Shown: positions 50,912 through 62,794 of the stretch, one piece after another
Numbering within the stretch: the first letter of the stretch is position 1
Layout of the letters: each line of letters starts with the position of its first letter
Assembly (NCBI RefSeq): GCF_009834535.1
Contig: NC_045697.1
Span: 20,524,001 to 20,588,000, forward strand
Source: Camelus ferus
Taxonomy: Eukaryota
Reading direction: 5' to 3'
Length of the DNA: 64,000 bases
Notes under the pieces: generated by a model
Database searches by the model: none
Seen by the model: the letters and a program-made list of their open reading frames with translations, nothing else
What the model was told of the DNA's origin: nothing
Made by a program: the position numbers and the translations under genes

Positions 50912-51108
50912 AGCAAACAATAGAGGTTTGAACTGTGCTGGTACACTTATAAATGAATATTTTTCAGTAGTAAATCCTACAGCACTACATTCTGCCACTT
51001 TGAACTTCTGTGGTTGGTTGAACCTGTAGATAAAGAGGAACCACAGATATGGAGGGCCAACTATAAGTTATATGAGGATTAACACCTTCATTGTTCAATG
51101 GTCAACTG
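50912..51108. mobile_element. Tigger2/MER8-type MITE, left TIR lost
   Basis: ggtttgaactgtgctggtacacttata...ggttggttgaacctgtagat...ggaaccacagatatggagggccaactataagttata...ttgttcaatggtcaactg|TA. Confidence 0.85.
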
Positions 51109-52071
51109 TAATTTAAATATACTTAAAGTGTGCAATGACTGACAAGCAAGTTAAATTGTCTTTCTTCCCATGGAAGTTCTTATCCTTCACTTACCAAATT
51201 TCATGTTACGGTCTGGTTTCCTTGTACTTCTGCTAACTGGGAAGCAAACTAAGTTTGATTATTTCAGATCTTTTAACAATTTACATATGTCATTCTTAGT
51301 TAATATAATGGAACCCTGACTTTTCTATCAGTCTGATTAACTTGGTTAATATGACTCAGTCCCCAGGACATAATTCATTGTTAGTGTTCTGTTAGATACA
51401 GAAAGAAATTAAAAACTTGAGATTGAAGAACTGAGAACCATATCTTGGGGGACACCTAACTCACTAGGGTTTTCCTACCCAATGGTCACACTCTCCCTAG
51501 TTCTAACATTTCCATTTAGTTATATAGAATATATTCCTTTAGAATGAATCACACTCGAAACACTAAGGGTACAAGATACACTATCCAGGCTAGAAGTGCT
51601 CATGGAGGTCATGCCTTTGGAATGCAAGCTGTGAATTAGTATGGCTCATTCTAAATCAGATGACCAATGAATGGGGTCAGAAGGAGCCGTGACCAATCAT
51701 TTTTAAAGGCCTTATTTTTGTTCCTGGTGACATTTTGCCTTTGTGCACAAAGAAGGCTTCAGGAAGGAGCTATTTTTATTACTTTTTTTTTTTTTAATTA
51801 CCAAGAGGGTTAGGGCATTTTAGCCCAATTACTACTTCCCCTTGCCACCTGAGCACAGTCAGCAGTCAGCATGAGAAAGCGATAATGGAAAGATAATGCC
51901 CAACTCTGCCACATGACCCTTCAAAAGAACAAGATACATATAAAATGCATGGTTTTTTTTTTCCCCAAGCTTGACTTCCGTTTCCCTATTATACTTGTCT
52001 GAAAATTTAGCAGCCATTGAAAGCAACCATTTCAGAAGAGAAATAGTGGCAAGTATTGAGATAACATTGAA

Positions 52072-52160
52072 AAAAGCCCTGTGTTGGACTACGAGTTTGG
52101 GTTCTAATACTTTGTTAGTTGCTGTCTTTCTCTGAGTGATCATGGGCAATGACCTGCCTC
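52072..52160 (+). mobile_element. MIR fragment
   Basis: aaaagccctgtgttggact...tgggttctaatac...gagtgatcatgggcaatgac. Confidence 0.5.
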
Positions 52161-52314
52161 ATTCTGACAGCGAAATGCAATCTACTGCATTGGACACTTG
52201 AGATGGTTTAAAGGAAGGGAGTGATTTGAATCTATTATGAAAGCAAAAGAAGGATGTTTCAAATTACTCTTACAATTCTAGGCAATAATAGAAATCAATA
52301 TAAAGGAAGTTAGC

Positions 52315-52520
52315 AGGTCATTCTTATAGCCACTAGACTGGGGTGAGTACTTAAAACACACTATGGAATAGAATCCTCACAAAAACACTAAAACACTCAT
52401 AATTAGTTCCATTTTACAGATGCGAAAATGGAAGTCTAGAAAGTTTAATTAACTTACCTAAGATTATCCAAGTGATGGATCAAGAAGATCAGAGTTTAAA
52501 GCCAGACATGGCTGCCCATG
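52315..52520 (-). mobile_element. MIR SINE
   Basis: aatcctcacaaaaac...ccattttacagatgcgaaaatggaagtctagaaagtttaattaacttacctaagatta...agagtttaaagccagac. Confidence 0.75.
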
Positions 52521-52634
52521 CACTAGATTATAATTGCAGTGTCAGCTTCTGAACACACATAAGGGAAAAGCCTGAGGAACAGGATAATTTTGAAAACATT
52601 ACATGAACAAAAGTATGTACTAGGTCTATTACTT

Positions 52635-52885
52635 ATGCTAAGGGATCTTTTTAGGTATTATGTGGTAAAAAAGTTCTTGAACCATGTAAATTTAAGAAAT
52701 ACTGAGTTAAAAAAATAAATCAGATTTCTTTGATATAGGACTTCTTGTACTCTGTAATATGAATAATAAATTTCTAGGACTTTATAAGGATACAGTGTTT
52801 TTCAACATATTTGACTGTGAATCAATTTTTTGAGTAGCATCTTACAAGATGAGTTCTCCATGTAATATACATTTTGTGATTACTC
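52635..52885. mobile_element. hAT-Charlie MITE (MER112-like)
   Basis: aagaaatactgagttaaaaaaataaatcagatttctttgatataggacttct...taatatg...cagtgtttttcaacatatttgactgtg...gagtagcatctt. Confidence 0.6.
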
Positions 52886-53261
52886 ATATACAGCAAGGAA
52901 GAATGACATCAAAGATTCTCTGGTATTTATGCTGAGTGAGGGCAATCCACACAAATTTCAGAAATTTAGAAAAATTATTGTCTTAGGGATCCTGTCTGAG
53001 GAGATACTCTAATTAGAGATTAGAATAAATATTGAACAATCTGTATTATTAGCAGAACTCTTCTGAACATATTCCTTTTTCTGGACTCTGAAATAGAAAG
53101 AACCAGATGCTGTCTTTAGGGACGTCGTAATCTAATTTAATGATTTGCAATATAAAGAGTCAAGGCATGACTGAATCACCCAAGAAGTTCTTCCAAGACC
53201 CACATTCTGTTCCCTGTGGAGTGCCAAATTCATTTCATGCATTCATTCATTGAATGGTACA

Positions 53262-53400
53262 CTAACTCCATGAGGTAGGTACTCACATTGTCTCTTTTTC
53301 ACAGATAAGGAAACTAAGTAGAAATGAGGTTAATTTGCCCAATATTCCATAACTCTAATGTGGTAGTATCAGAATTCAAACTCAGATCTGTATCCTTGCC
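53262..53400 (-). mobile_element. MIR fragment
   Basis: aactccatgaggtaggtact...tttcacagataaggaaactaag...gaggttaatttgcccaa...agaattcaaactcagatctg. Confidence 0.8.
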
Positions 53401-53459
53401 TTGAGCATTAAGACCAGAAGAATAAAAACTTTCACAGGCATGGGAATTTCTGGCAGTAG

Positions 53460-53600
53460 GTGAATCATGGAGATAATTGGTTCCGACTCAAAACATTCTG
53501 ACTCCCACATATATGAAAATGTCTAAAAAAATGCATTTTTACAAAGTGCTCAAGGAGATTTTGATGCTGATGAGTCATATACTAAAGTTGAGAAACAGTA
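53460..53600. mobile_element. MER5A-like hAT-Charlie fragment
   Basis: attctgactc...tgcatttttacaaagtgctcaaggagattttgatgc...aaagttgagaaacagt. Confidence 0.55.
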
Positions 53601-54089
53601 GGCTTGTCCATGCTGTATTCCATAAGCAAAATCATAATTTAATTCTGTAACCTATAACTTAACTTACGTAAATTTTAAATAAGCAGCCACTTAAACTCTA
53701 CTATGAAAAATACTTAGGCAATCCTGCTCTTTCAAATATGACATCATCTGTACTTTCTGGTTTGCTAGTGAATGTGAACCCATTCTCCGGTCATAGGTAG
53801 TCTCACTAAACGTCATGTGTATTGAAAATGAAAGACTAAGAAGCAGAATCTGGAAGGAGGTGCAAAAATCTACCACTTCAAATGAAAATCTTCAAAATGA
53901 TATTCTCCTACTAGTTGCTCAGTGGAGACAATTCAAATAAAAATAGTTGACTGGCATATTATCTGCAAATGCGGAGATGAGAAGAAATACTCAAGAAACT
54001 CTCAAGCTACCCCAATGTTATTATTAATGGTAAAGGTCGGAGCAATGCCCTTTAATGTAGTGAATTATCAGTAAAGGAGCCTAAAATGT

Positions 54090-54430
54090 GACATATAGCT
54101 AAAAGAGCACTAGTATGCAGTGTGACCTTGGGCAGGTCACCTACGTTCTCTGGGGTTCCCTTTTTGGATCACTGAAATAAAAAGCCAATGATTCAACTAT
54201 AAAATTATCTTCTATCAAACATTTCATATGAACACAATTTTGTGTTAGGTGCTTTATACATGGTCTAATTTTTGTTCCTCACTACAAAATTGGGTGATGC
54301 ATTTTTTGTCTTCACCTTATAGTAGATGTAATTGGGGCACAGGAGGATACATGGTTTGGCAAGTGACTTGGGCAACATATGGTTAAGCTGGGTTTTAAAC
54401 TGTGGCTTTTCAGCTACAAAATCTATTTTC
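54090..54430. mobile_element. Two MIR fragments, opposite orientations
   Basis: tgtgaccttgggcaggtcacct (+), then tgtgttaggtgctttatacatg...gatgtaattggggcacagg (-). Confidence 0.6.
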
Positions 54431-55894
54431 TGGAAAGGATTCTGCAGGCTTTACTTATGCAAGAGGCTAATGCCCACCCCCAACCCCTGACTTTAGCTAT
54501 ATAATTCTTTGATATTAAAGGTGTTAAAGTAAAAATACTACCTTAATGCCACAGAAGAGTTCATGTAACTTCTGATAATTGACTCACATATTTATAAGAC
54601 ATTTTAGATTGAGAAAATCTGGCTCAGGGTTGTAGAGAAAATCAGGAAGAAATTTTGCTTTGTATTTCATACCTTTTGACAATTATAATTGGTAGAAATA
54701 ATAATGAGAATAATGGTATTCTTCAGTTTGATTTGTTAACTACCTATTTCCTGCTTGTAACCTTACCAAAGAGAAATATAGAAAATCCTAGAGAAGGGCT
54801 TTGTTATAATATTAGATGTCCCTAATTTCTCTTTGACCTCTTTGAATCAGGTTTCTTATCTGGGAATCTGACCAAACTCTTCATCTTGGTATTTTTGATA
54901 TGCTCGAGGTATAGGAAAAGAGCCAAATTTTCGAGTTCATTATTTTAGCTTCTTAAGTTTCTGATACCAAGACGCAAGTGATTATATCCCAGAGAATAAA
55001 GCACCACCCTTGACATGATGGTGTAAATTCTCAGAGATGATGAGAGCTCTGAGACCTCCATGTTCAGTCTTAGCTTATCACTGAGTCATTGAGCTGGAAT
55101 AAACTTTAGAGCTCAGACAGCCAATATTCTTTTTAAAATAGATAACAGCATAAAAAAAGAAGGAAGGATGTTAGGGAGGGAAGGAGGGAGGAGGGAAGGA
55201 AAGAAAGAAAGAGGAAGAACAGGATAAAGTCGTAAGAATAATTAAGGTTGATTTAATTATTTGCCAAGTACTGTATTACATCTATCATGTATGTTATCAC
55301 AGTTAATGAATTCATGATTAATACTCAATAATTTGTAGATCAAAACAAGATTTTAAATACGGCAAGAAACCTGCCACAGGTGTGTTTTATGGGATTGTGT
55401 TGGATTAAATTCTAAAATGGTTTTATATGATGCTGCTCTTAGGGGTACTCAGCACTGTTCGTCTTCCTCCACATCACAAATTAAACAGTAAAAGATCTGC
55501 AATTTGAATTAGTTTTTCTTATTTCTTCCCTGATGTCCTTTCCATTGTATCTTGCCATCTCTTTTCCATGACATGTAAACCTATCATGCATTACATGATC
55601 TTCAAAGTCACTGGATTATATGTCAATCAAGAAAGCACTAAGGTGAGGGGAGTGGTTCCTTTGAAGCCAAATTCACTCCAATTTTAGGAAAAGGGAAATG
55701 GAGACAGGTGCAGCTGTCAGTTTGATAAACCCAACCAGAGTGAACATGTGACTGTCGATATGAAAATTAGTTATATTTTGGTGTATGTAAGGGTTATAGG
55801 ATAATTCAGTTTATCTGAATTCAGAAAATTCACAAAAAGAGGTTCCATTTGTGTGATGCTTTAGAGTTCATTGTTTTTAAAATTGCAACAATAT

Positions 55895-56020
55895 TCACAA
55901 CAACCCTGTGAAGATTTTGTAATCCTTAACAAAAAGAGGGAAAAATGAAGCACTGAGAATTAGAATGACTTCTCTGTAGACTTAGTAAGTGTCAGACTTG
56001 GGCTTGAAGCCAAGCACTCT
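55895..56020 (-). mobile_element. MIR fragment
   Basis: tcacaacaaccctgtgaag...gaggg aaaaatgaagcactgaga...agtaagtgtcagacttgggcttgaagccaag. Confidence 0.65.
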
Positions 56021-56149
56021 CAGTAACAAATAATAGATAAAAACAGAGTATATGTTAAATTTTTGATAAATAGTCAATACAAGAGTGAGAGAAATAGAGA
56101 CAGAAAAGTTAGGGAATACATAGGTTAAAAGGTACTTAACATATCAAAT

Positions 56150-56520
56150 TCTAGTGTATCTATTTTATATGAATCTTGATTTAAAAATACAATAATCTGT
56201 TAAATAAGTAAACTCATATATAGTTAATGATAATGAATTGTAATTTTTAATGTGAAAATGGCATTGTGACTATGTCCAAAACAAAAGAATTCCTATATTT
56301 TAGATTGGAATACTAAAATATTTAGAGAGAAAATAATGTGATGTGTGGAATTCACTCCAAACTAATCTGAGGTGGGTAAGAATTGGTGGTGGTGGGGGGA
56401 TATAAATGAAACAAAGCTGGCCATCCACTGGTAATTCTTGAATCTAGGTAATGGAAACAGTATTATACAGTTCTCTTAGCTCTGTTATGTGTTAGAGGTT
56501 TCCCACATTAAAGTGTTAAA
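56150..56520 (+). mobile_element. Old L1 (L1MC4/5-like) 3' end
   Basis: gtgaaaatggcattgtgactatg...atactaaaatatttagagagaaaataatgtgatgtgtggaatt...tataaatgaaacaaagctggccat...ggtaattcttgaatctaggtaatgg. Confidence 0.8.
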
Positions 56521-57731
56521 CCGTTGCAAAACAGACAAAGAAAACTGGAGTAGAGAAAGTGAAATGAATGCTTCATTTTTCATAGTGGTTTCTGATTCAA
56601 GTTCATTAATCAAGTTGTAAACATATGAACTTATCAGTTACTATAACAACTTGAAGAGCAGAAAACAAATTATTATCTAGGATGTAATAAAGAGAGAACT
56701 GAATATTACTTTCACATTTCTCTGTTCCTTTTGGTTTTTTTTTTTCCCAATTTGCACATATTGCAACTTAACTTAAAAAAAAGTTGGATGTCTTTCTAAG
56801 AGAAAACAGTTGTTTAGCTTTTAAACAAGCTCCATTTTGGAAAATATAGCAAGATTCTGCCTCCTTTTATATTTATTTTCTAAGTTTCTAATTTAAACAC
56901 AAATCAAAGTATTGATCATTTAAAAGCTATTATTTGAAACACCTCATCTCCCAATACTTTAAGATTCTAATAACCCTTCCCCTGGGAGAAGTGGGCCTTA
57001 TAACTTCAATACCCACTTTGAAAATCATGAATGCAAACCATAATGTAGTGCCACAGTGATATTTTCAAGATGATTTCAAAATGTGCCACAGCTTCTAAAA
57101 ACTCCAGAAAGATAAAAAGGGTAAGGGCTTTCAGTAGGGAGATGAGGTAAGAAACTTTATTAAATAACAGATAGATTGAATAAACCTATGTAAATAAATT
57201 CATAAATTAAAAAAAATCCCCATCACATTTGGCCATGAAAGGTATAAAATATTATGACTTCAGTGTTAAACTCCTTTCACATATAATCACTGATAAAAAA
57301 GAATCCTCAAGGATTTTGCAGTATCTACCCATTTATCTTATCACGGAATGCTTGTTTTATAAATTAGTTTTTGTTCGATTTATATTGCCAGTGGTAATAC
57401 AGTCCAGGTGGTCTGGGAGTCAAACTGCACCTTGACATAAATTTCTTTCATTATTAATCTGAGTAGGATTGTTTCTAGAAAAATGCAATCAAGAAAACAT
57501 CCTTTCCAACTGGAATCTGACTTAATGTATGTGTGGAAGGGTGATGCTAACAGGAAGAACCACCTTTGCTGGTCAAGGGTCCCATTTCTGAGTAGATAAT
57601 TACATTAGTATGAATACATGCACATTTTGTTTATAATGTGTGCCATGAGGGAAGAGATCATAAAGGATTATTGACATACACTTTGCTCGTATATGAGTTA
57701 AGTGAGTTAAGTTTGTGCTGCACTAAATGAA

Positions 57732-57855
57732 GCTTTCCCAGGAAAGCAGAACCTACCAAGTGATTGGCTAAACTCTGCTTTGGTTACCACTAGCAACATC
57801 CTCCATGAACCAATCAACTAGCTGATTCCAGTTCCTCATTTTATTTGATTGGTTA
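57732..57855. promoter_or_regulatory. Candidate regulatory module: RFX X-box flanked by three CCAAT boxes
   Basis: gttaccactagcaac (57783-57797); ATTGG 57763-57767; CCAAT 57810-57814; ATTGG 57848-57852; palindrome gctttcc-ca-ggaaagc at 57732-57747. Motif match only. Confidence 0.35.
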
Positions 57856-57869
57856 GTGATGTCCAAGAG

Positions 57870-59220
57870 AATTGATCATTCATTTTTTCCTGAAACACAT
57901 CTTCTACCTTATCATAGAACACTCCTCTACCTCATCATATGACACTCTCCTGGGTTTCTCCTCCCTCACTTCTCCTCTCTTCACAAGCTCCATCCATGTT
58001 TTACCTGATATCTAAATCTTAAAGTTCCTCTCCTTAAGAGACCTGATGAATTTCCATGACTTTAATCACTACCTATGTGCCAGTAACTCCAAAATACATA
58101 CCCTTTAGCCTAGATATCTCTTTTTGATTTACAATAGCTTGCTTGACAAATTTACTTGAATATGTCTTAAGTATCTCATGAGTTATATATTTAAAACACG
58201 CAGTCATGATTTTCCCCTCCATATAGTTCTGCCCAGATTTTCATTTTAGGAAATGCCATCATCATTCAATTACTGAAGACTCTTGACCTGAGACAAAGAG
58301 ACTGCCAGAAATGTCTCCAGCAATGATGGATTTATTAGGGATCAGCCGAGAATTGCAATTCGGGGACTGCAATCATGGTGAGCCTTGTGCAAACCACACA
58401 TGGCAAGAGAAGGAGAACATTTTATAGAGAGGAAAGAGAAATTGGGAGGGTCATAGTGGACAAAGGTTATGGCTTTTCATTGACTGAGTCCTTGCCAGAA
58501 AAGAAGAGTAGTATTTCTTCTTCCTGGCTGGCTCTGCTATCTTCACAGTTGGGAGAGCTCCCCTCTGGTGTTCCAGACTTATTTGAAGTTTCTGTTTATT
58601 AATCTTTTATGAGGCATAATGTAGGTATTTCCTCCTTTCCATCTCCATTACCACTATCCTACTGAAAGACAACATTTTTCATCAATTCATTGATTTCTCT
58701 TATCCAGAAGAAATCCATTCTTCACATAGCAGCCTATATTTAATTTTTAAAATGCAGGTCAAAGCATGTAACTCCCCTGCTTAAAGCTGTTAATTGTTCT
58801 CTGTAGTATGTAGAATAAAATCCAAAATGCTCGTCATAGCATTCTGCTCACCTACATCCAGCCTGTCTTCTAACCTTATGGAACCCCATGTTTTTCTTTC
58901 TAAACACTGATCAGCACATTTGACTCCACACTGTGTATGAAGCAAACACTCATCCTTGCAGTTGTGTCTCCCGATCACTCGGTCTTAACTAAACTCACGT
59001 ATCACAGTCTTTCATGTAAACATTTGTTATTTCATCAGTTGTACAAGTCTGACATTATTTCACATGTTCGATGACCATTTTTATATATTTCCTATTTGTC
59101 CATCTAAAAAGCAAGATTTCTGAGCCAGTGTCATCTTGCTCTTTTATTTACACTAACTACCATGCTGTTTGACACACTAGACACAAGATAATGTTAGTGG
59201 AACACATAAATGAATGAATA
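57870..59220 (+). mobile_element. L2 (about 1 kb) interrupted by an LTR
   Basis: gacactctcctgggtttctcctccctc; atcactacctatgtgccagtaactccaaaat; resumes with tccatctccattaccacta, aatccattcttcacatagcagcc, tagaataaaatccaaaatgct; ends aaatgaatgaat. Confidence 0.8.
58283..58612 (-). mobile_element. ERV solo LTR (ERV1/MER4-group-like) inserted in L2
   Basis: Non-L2 block. Minus strand has AATAAA (tttatt at 58332) followed by a U5-like ...tttgtctcaggtcaa end, with tcagtcaatgaaaagcc and ctctataaaa upstream. Confidence 0.6.
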
Positions 59221-61035
59221 TTCAAGTTACTCCTTGCTGGGGAGGCCGTGTTTCCTCATGAGGGGGAGAAAGAGCCAGAACAAATGACTTAATAAGATTC
59301 TGGCCCTTCGTGAGCTTCAAAGATAAGCAGGAAACATCCTCTGTGTCCAAGAAACATGAATAAAATGTTGCGTTGATATCTGTTAATTGGGAAAAAAAAT
59401 TAACCTGTTTTCACTGGCTTCTTTATAATGGAAAATTCACAGATGGGTGGTTATTCTTGAAAGAAAAAGAGAAAAAGGGAGGAACAAAAGAAAACTGGAG
59501 AGGTCTGAGGTGCTAACACACTGTCACTGTGTTTGTGCAGGTTGTTGAAGTAATCTATTCAGTTACGTATTCATTTTCTAATTAACTGATATGAGCAGTT
59601 CAAGTGCTGCCTAGTAGTTTATTGCTGCAGGTCAAAATGTCTCCGTGGATGTGCAATTCTAAAAATGGCTCTGCAATTACAGTAGTTTTATTTATCCGCA
59701 GGCACTCACAGCATCAAGCAGCTTCTAATTGCTTAGCAGAGAAAGACCTAGCCTTTTCCAGCCTGTCCTCCTCCCTGACCTACATGTAGAACAGATATCG
59801 TCATTTCTGACAAGAAGACTGAGGCCAGCCACAGATAATACGTGACAAAAGTAATTAATTTGCACGTGGGAGAACCTATCAATCCCTTGCAGCAAAGAGT
59901 TCTCTTAGGAAGAACAGTCACAAGATTGCACAATTTCCAGTCAGGTCCCTTGATAATTGATGAATGTGAAATGCAGTGCCGGAACTTTAGAGAACCTGGT
60001 TCCATCTCACATATGGCCTGTGATGCCCTAAAATTAGAATAACTGGTAGGGGTGACAGTGACCCAAAACACGGCGTATCTCACTTCTAGACAATCACTGT
60101 TAAAGACATAACCTATTTAAACAAAGTAACAGAGAAATGTACATAACATAAGGTTATTAGCAGGTAAAAATAGCAAATCAGCTTGCTCCAACTGTCTCCA
60201 GTTAGAGGGAAAGTTATTATTGGAATCCAGATGGATCTAATATTTATCTCTGGAAAGCCAGGCAAGTGAAGTTGAGGTTGTGAAGTTCAGGTGGAAAGAT
60301 CATGAAGAAAGTATTTACTGTTTTGTTTATTTGAATCACACAAAGGTTCACTGATGCAAGTGTCATTTGGTAGAACAGTTCTCTACAACAAAGTCATTTT
60401 CATGTTCTAAGGCATGGCTCACTGTAATAGGACTGTGAAAATCTAATTAGAACAAATTTACTTATTAGAAATTCTTTGTGAAAAATATTTCTAAATTTTT
60501 CTTTGTGCTTCTTATAATGATGGCACCTGAGTTGTGATGAGAGATTGAAACTTCTCTTACGTTGACTAATATGGAGGGTCTGTTTTGCCATTACCAGTAT
60601 TTTTTGTTAACACCTTTCATTTTCTTTCTTTAATGATCGTATTAAATATCCTACCAAAACTACAAAACAGCTTCCTTTGCTTTTATAATATCAGAGGCAA
60701 AACATACATATAACATAACTCCTCTGTTCACATACGGAAATTTTCTAAAATCTAATTTTTTTCCTCTTTATTTGCTTATGTTTTAGGATCTCTGCTAAGA
60801 ACTCTTCCATTCTTCCAGGATCATGAACATGTTCACTGATTAATTTTAATCTTTCATGAAATACTGATTATATACAAATAATAGTTTGATCATGTGTGTT
60901 CAAATGATGAACTGTAAAGTTAATAACTGTGTTCTCCTCTAGACCATCACAAGGACCCAAGAACAGTTTAATTCAATTCACTGTTCTCCCTCTTCTTTTC
61001 AATTCTTGTTTAGATTTTAGTATCTTATTTTCATC

Positions 61036-61484
61036 CATTATGTGGATTGATTGTGTCCCCCAGAAAGACATGTTTAAATTCTAAACCCCCTTGTCTGAGA
61101 CTGTGACTTCAGTTGGAAATAGGGTCTTTGCTGATGTAATCACATTAGAACGAGGTCACACAGGAGTGGGGTGGAACCTAAATCAAATATGACTGGTACC
61201 TTTACAAGAAGAGAAGAGATACACAGACACACAATGAGAATACCATTGGGTAACGGAAAAAGACTGGACACTAGTGACTAGAGCAATGCATCTACAAGCC
61301 AAGGAATGCCAAGGTTTGGCAGCAACACCAGAAGCTAAGAGAAAGGCATGGAACAGACTCTCTCCTAGAGCCTTCAGAGAGAGTGCTGAACTTCTCACCT
61401 TCCAAAGCACAAAAAACCAATTTTTGTCCTTAATAGCAACCTAGTTTGTCGTACTTTGTTACAGCAGCTCAAGGAAACTAACAC
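61036..61484 (+). mobile_element. MaLR solo LTR (MLT1C-like)
   Basis: ttgtgtcccccagaaaga...tggaaatagggtctttgctgatgtaat...tctacaagccaaggaatgccaagg...caccagaagctaagagaaaggcatggaacaga...tactttgttacagcagc...ggaaactaacaca. Confidence 0.92.
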
Positions 61485-61659
61485 ACCCTTCATATGTGAT
61501 AAAAGTATTCTTGCTTAGTTCAATAAGTGTTTGTTTATATAGACCCATAAATTTCCAATACCTTGGCTCATGATTTTTCATGCAAAACAATTTTCTATCT
61601 GGGATTCATTCCCCTCTGTCTAGAGTATAACCTAGAATATTTGTAATGACGGTTTTGAT

Positions 61660-61691
<32 letters not shown>

Positions 61692-62790
61692 CAGCAAGCA
61701 GAAAACAAAACAAAACAAAAAAACCCGAAAAATTTGTATTTATCCAAGCATGTGTTTATCTTGCCTTTATTCTTGGAAGATAGTCACTGGGTATATATTC
61801 TTAGGCTCACAATTATTTTCTCCTAGCCCAACATACGAAGTGATATTGCTGTTGGAAAGTCAGCTCAGTCTCATCTTGGTGACTTGTAGGCAATTAATTT
61901 TATCTCAGTATGTAATTTTCAAATATTTTCTTGAATGTTTGTTTTGTGCAGATTGACTATGATGAATCTAAGTTCAGGTTTCTTTTTACATATGCTGTTA
62001 AGAATTGATTAGATTTCCTAAGTCTGATAATTATTCCCTTTAAGCATAGGAAAATTATTGGATACTGTATCTTCGAATATCATCACTTCTCTTTCTTACG
62101 CATCTAAGCATGTTACACCTTCTCAGTCATCCGTATCTCCTGTCTTCTCTTCAATATATTTATCATTTTTTCTTCAGTGATTCTATTTGCAAAATTTATT
62201 CATCTATATAATTCAGTATGCATTTTAGTCAATCCTTTTTCTTATCTCCTCAGATATTTGCATTGTCTCCTAAGTATTCATAACTTAATTATTTTATCTA
62301 TTTATCTAAAATAATGTATACTTCATTAAATTTTAATGTCTTATAACCCCTATATCTGTACTTTTTGGCAATCTGACTTTTCTGTCTCTTGTTTCCTAAG
62401 TTCTTGCTCGTGATTGTTTCTTTTATTACTGGCTGTGTAATTTTTTTTAAACTGTGGTTTTATTTCTTCTGGAACATTATCTATGGGATTTTTGTAAGGC
62501 CTGACTGAAAGAAGCATTTCTCTGGAGAGTACTTGCGTTTGCTTCTCTCTGGTGCCTGAAGGTACTTACATGGGATCACTTAAAAATAAATTCTCAATTC
62601 GAAAGTTTTAGCTCACTAGCTGCAAACCCAGATGAGGGCCACTTTGTGAGTATGAATTCTCAGGAGAGATTTTTTTTTTTGAGATTTTTTTTTCTTTCCA
62701 TCCAGTGCCAAAACCCCAACAGACAAGTCTCTTTGTTATTTTTTTTCCCCTGTAATAAATTTATTCCCCTTTTACTTCATTCTGCTAGTG
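61485..62790 (-). mobile_element. Old L1 (L1ME-like) ORF1/5' region
   Basis: tttattcttggaagatagtcactgggtatatattcttagg; gctgttggaaagtcag; ggaaaattattggatactgtatcttcgaatat; tctggagagtacttgcgtttgcttct. Confidence 0.7.
61663..61723. repeat. Poly(A) of 29 nt followed by (AAAAC)n
   Basis: A run at 61663-61691, then cagcaagcagaaaacaaaacaaaacaaaa. Confidence 0.95.
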
Positions 62791-62794
62791 GAAG

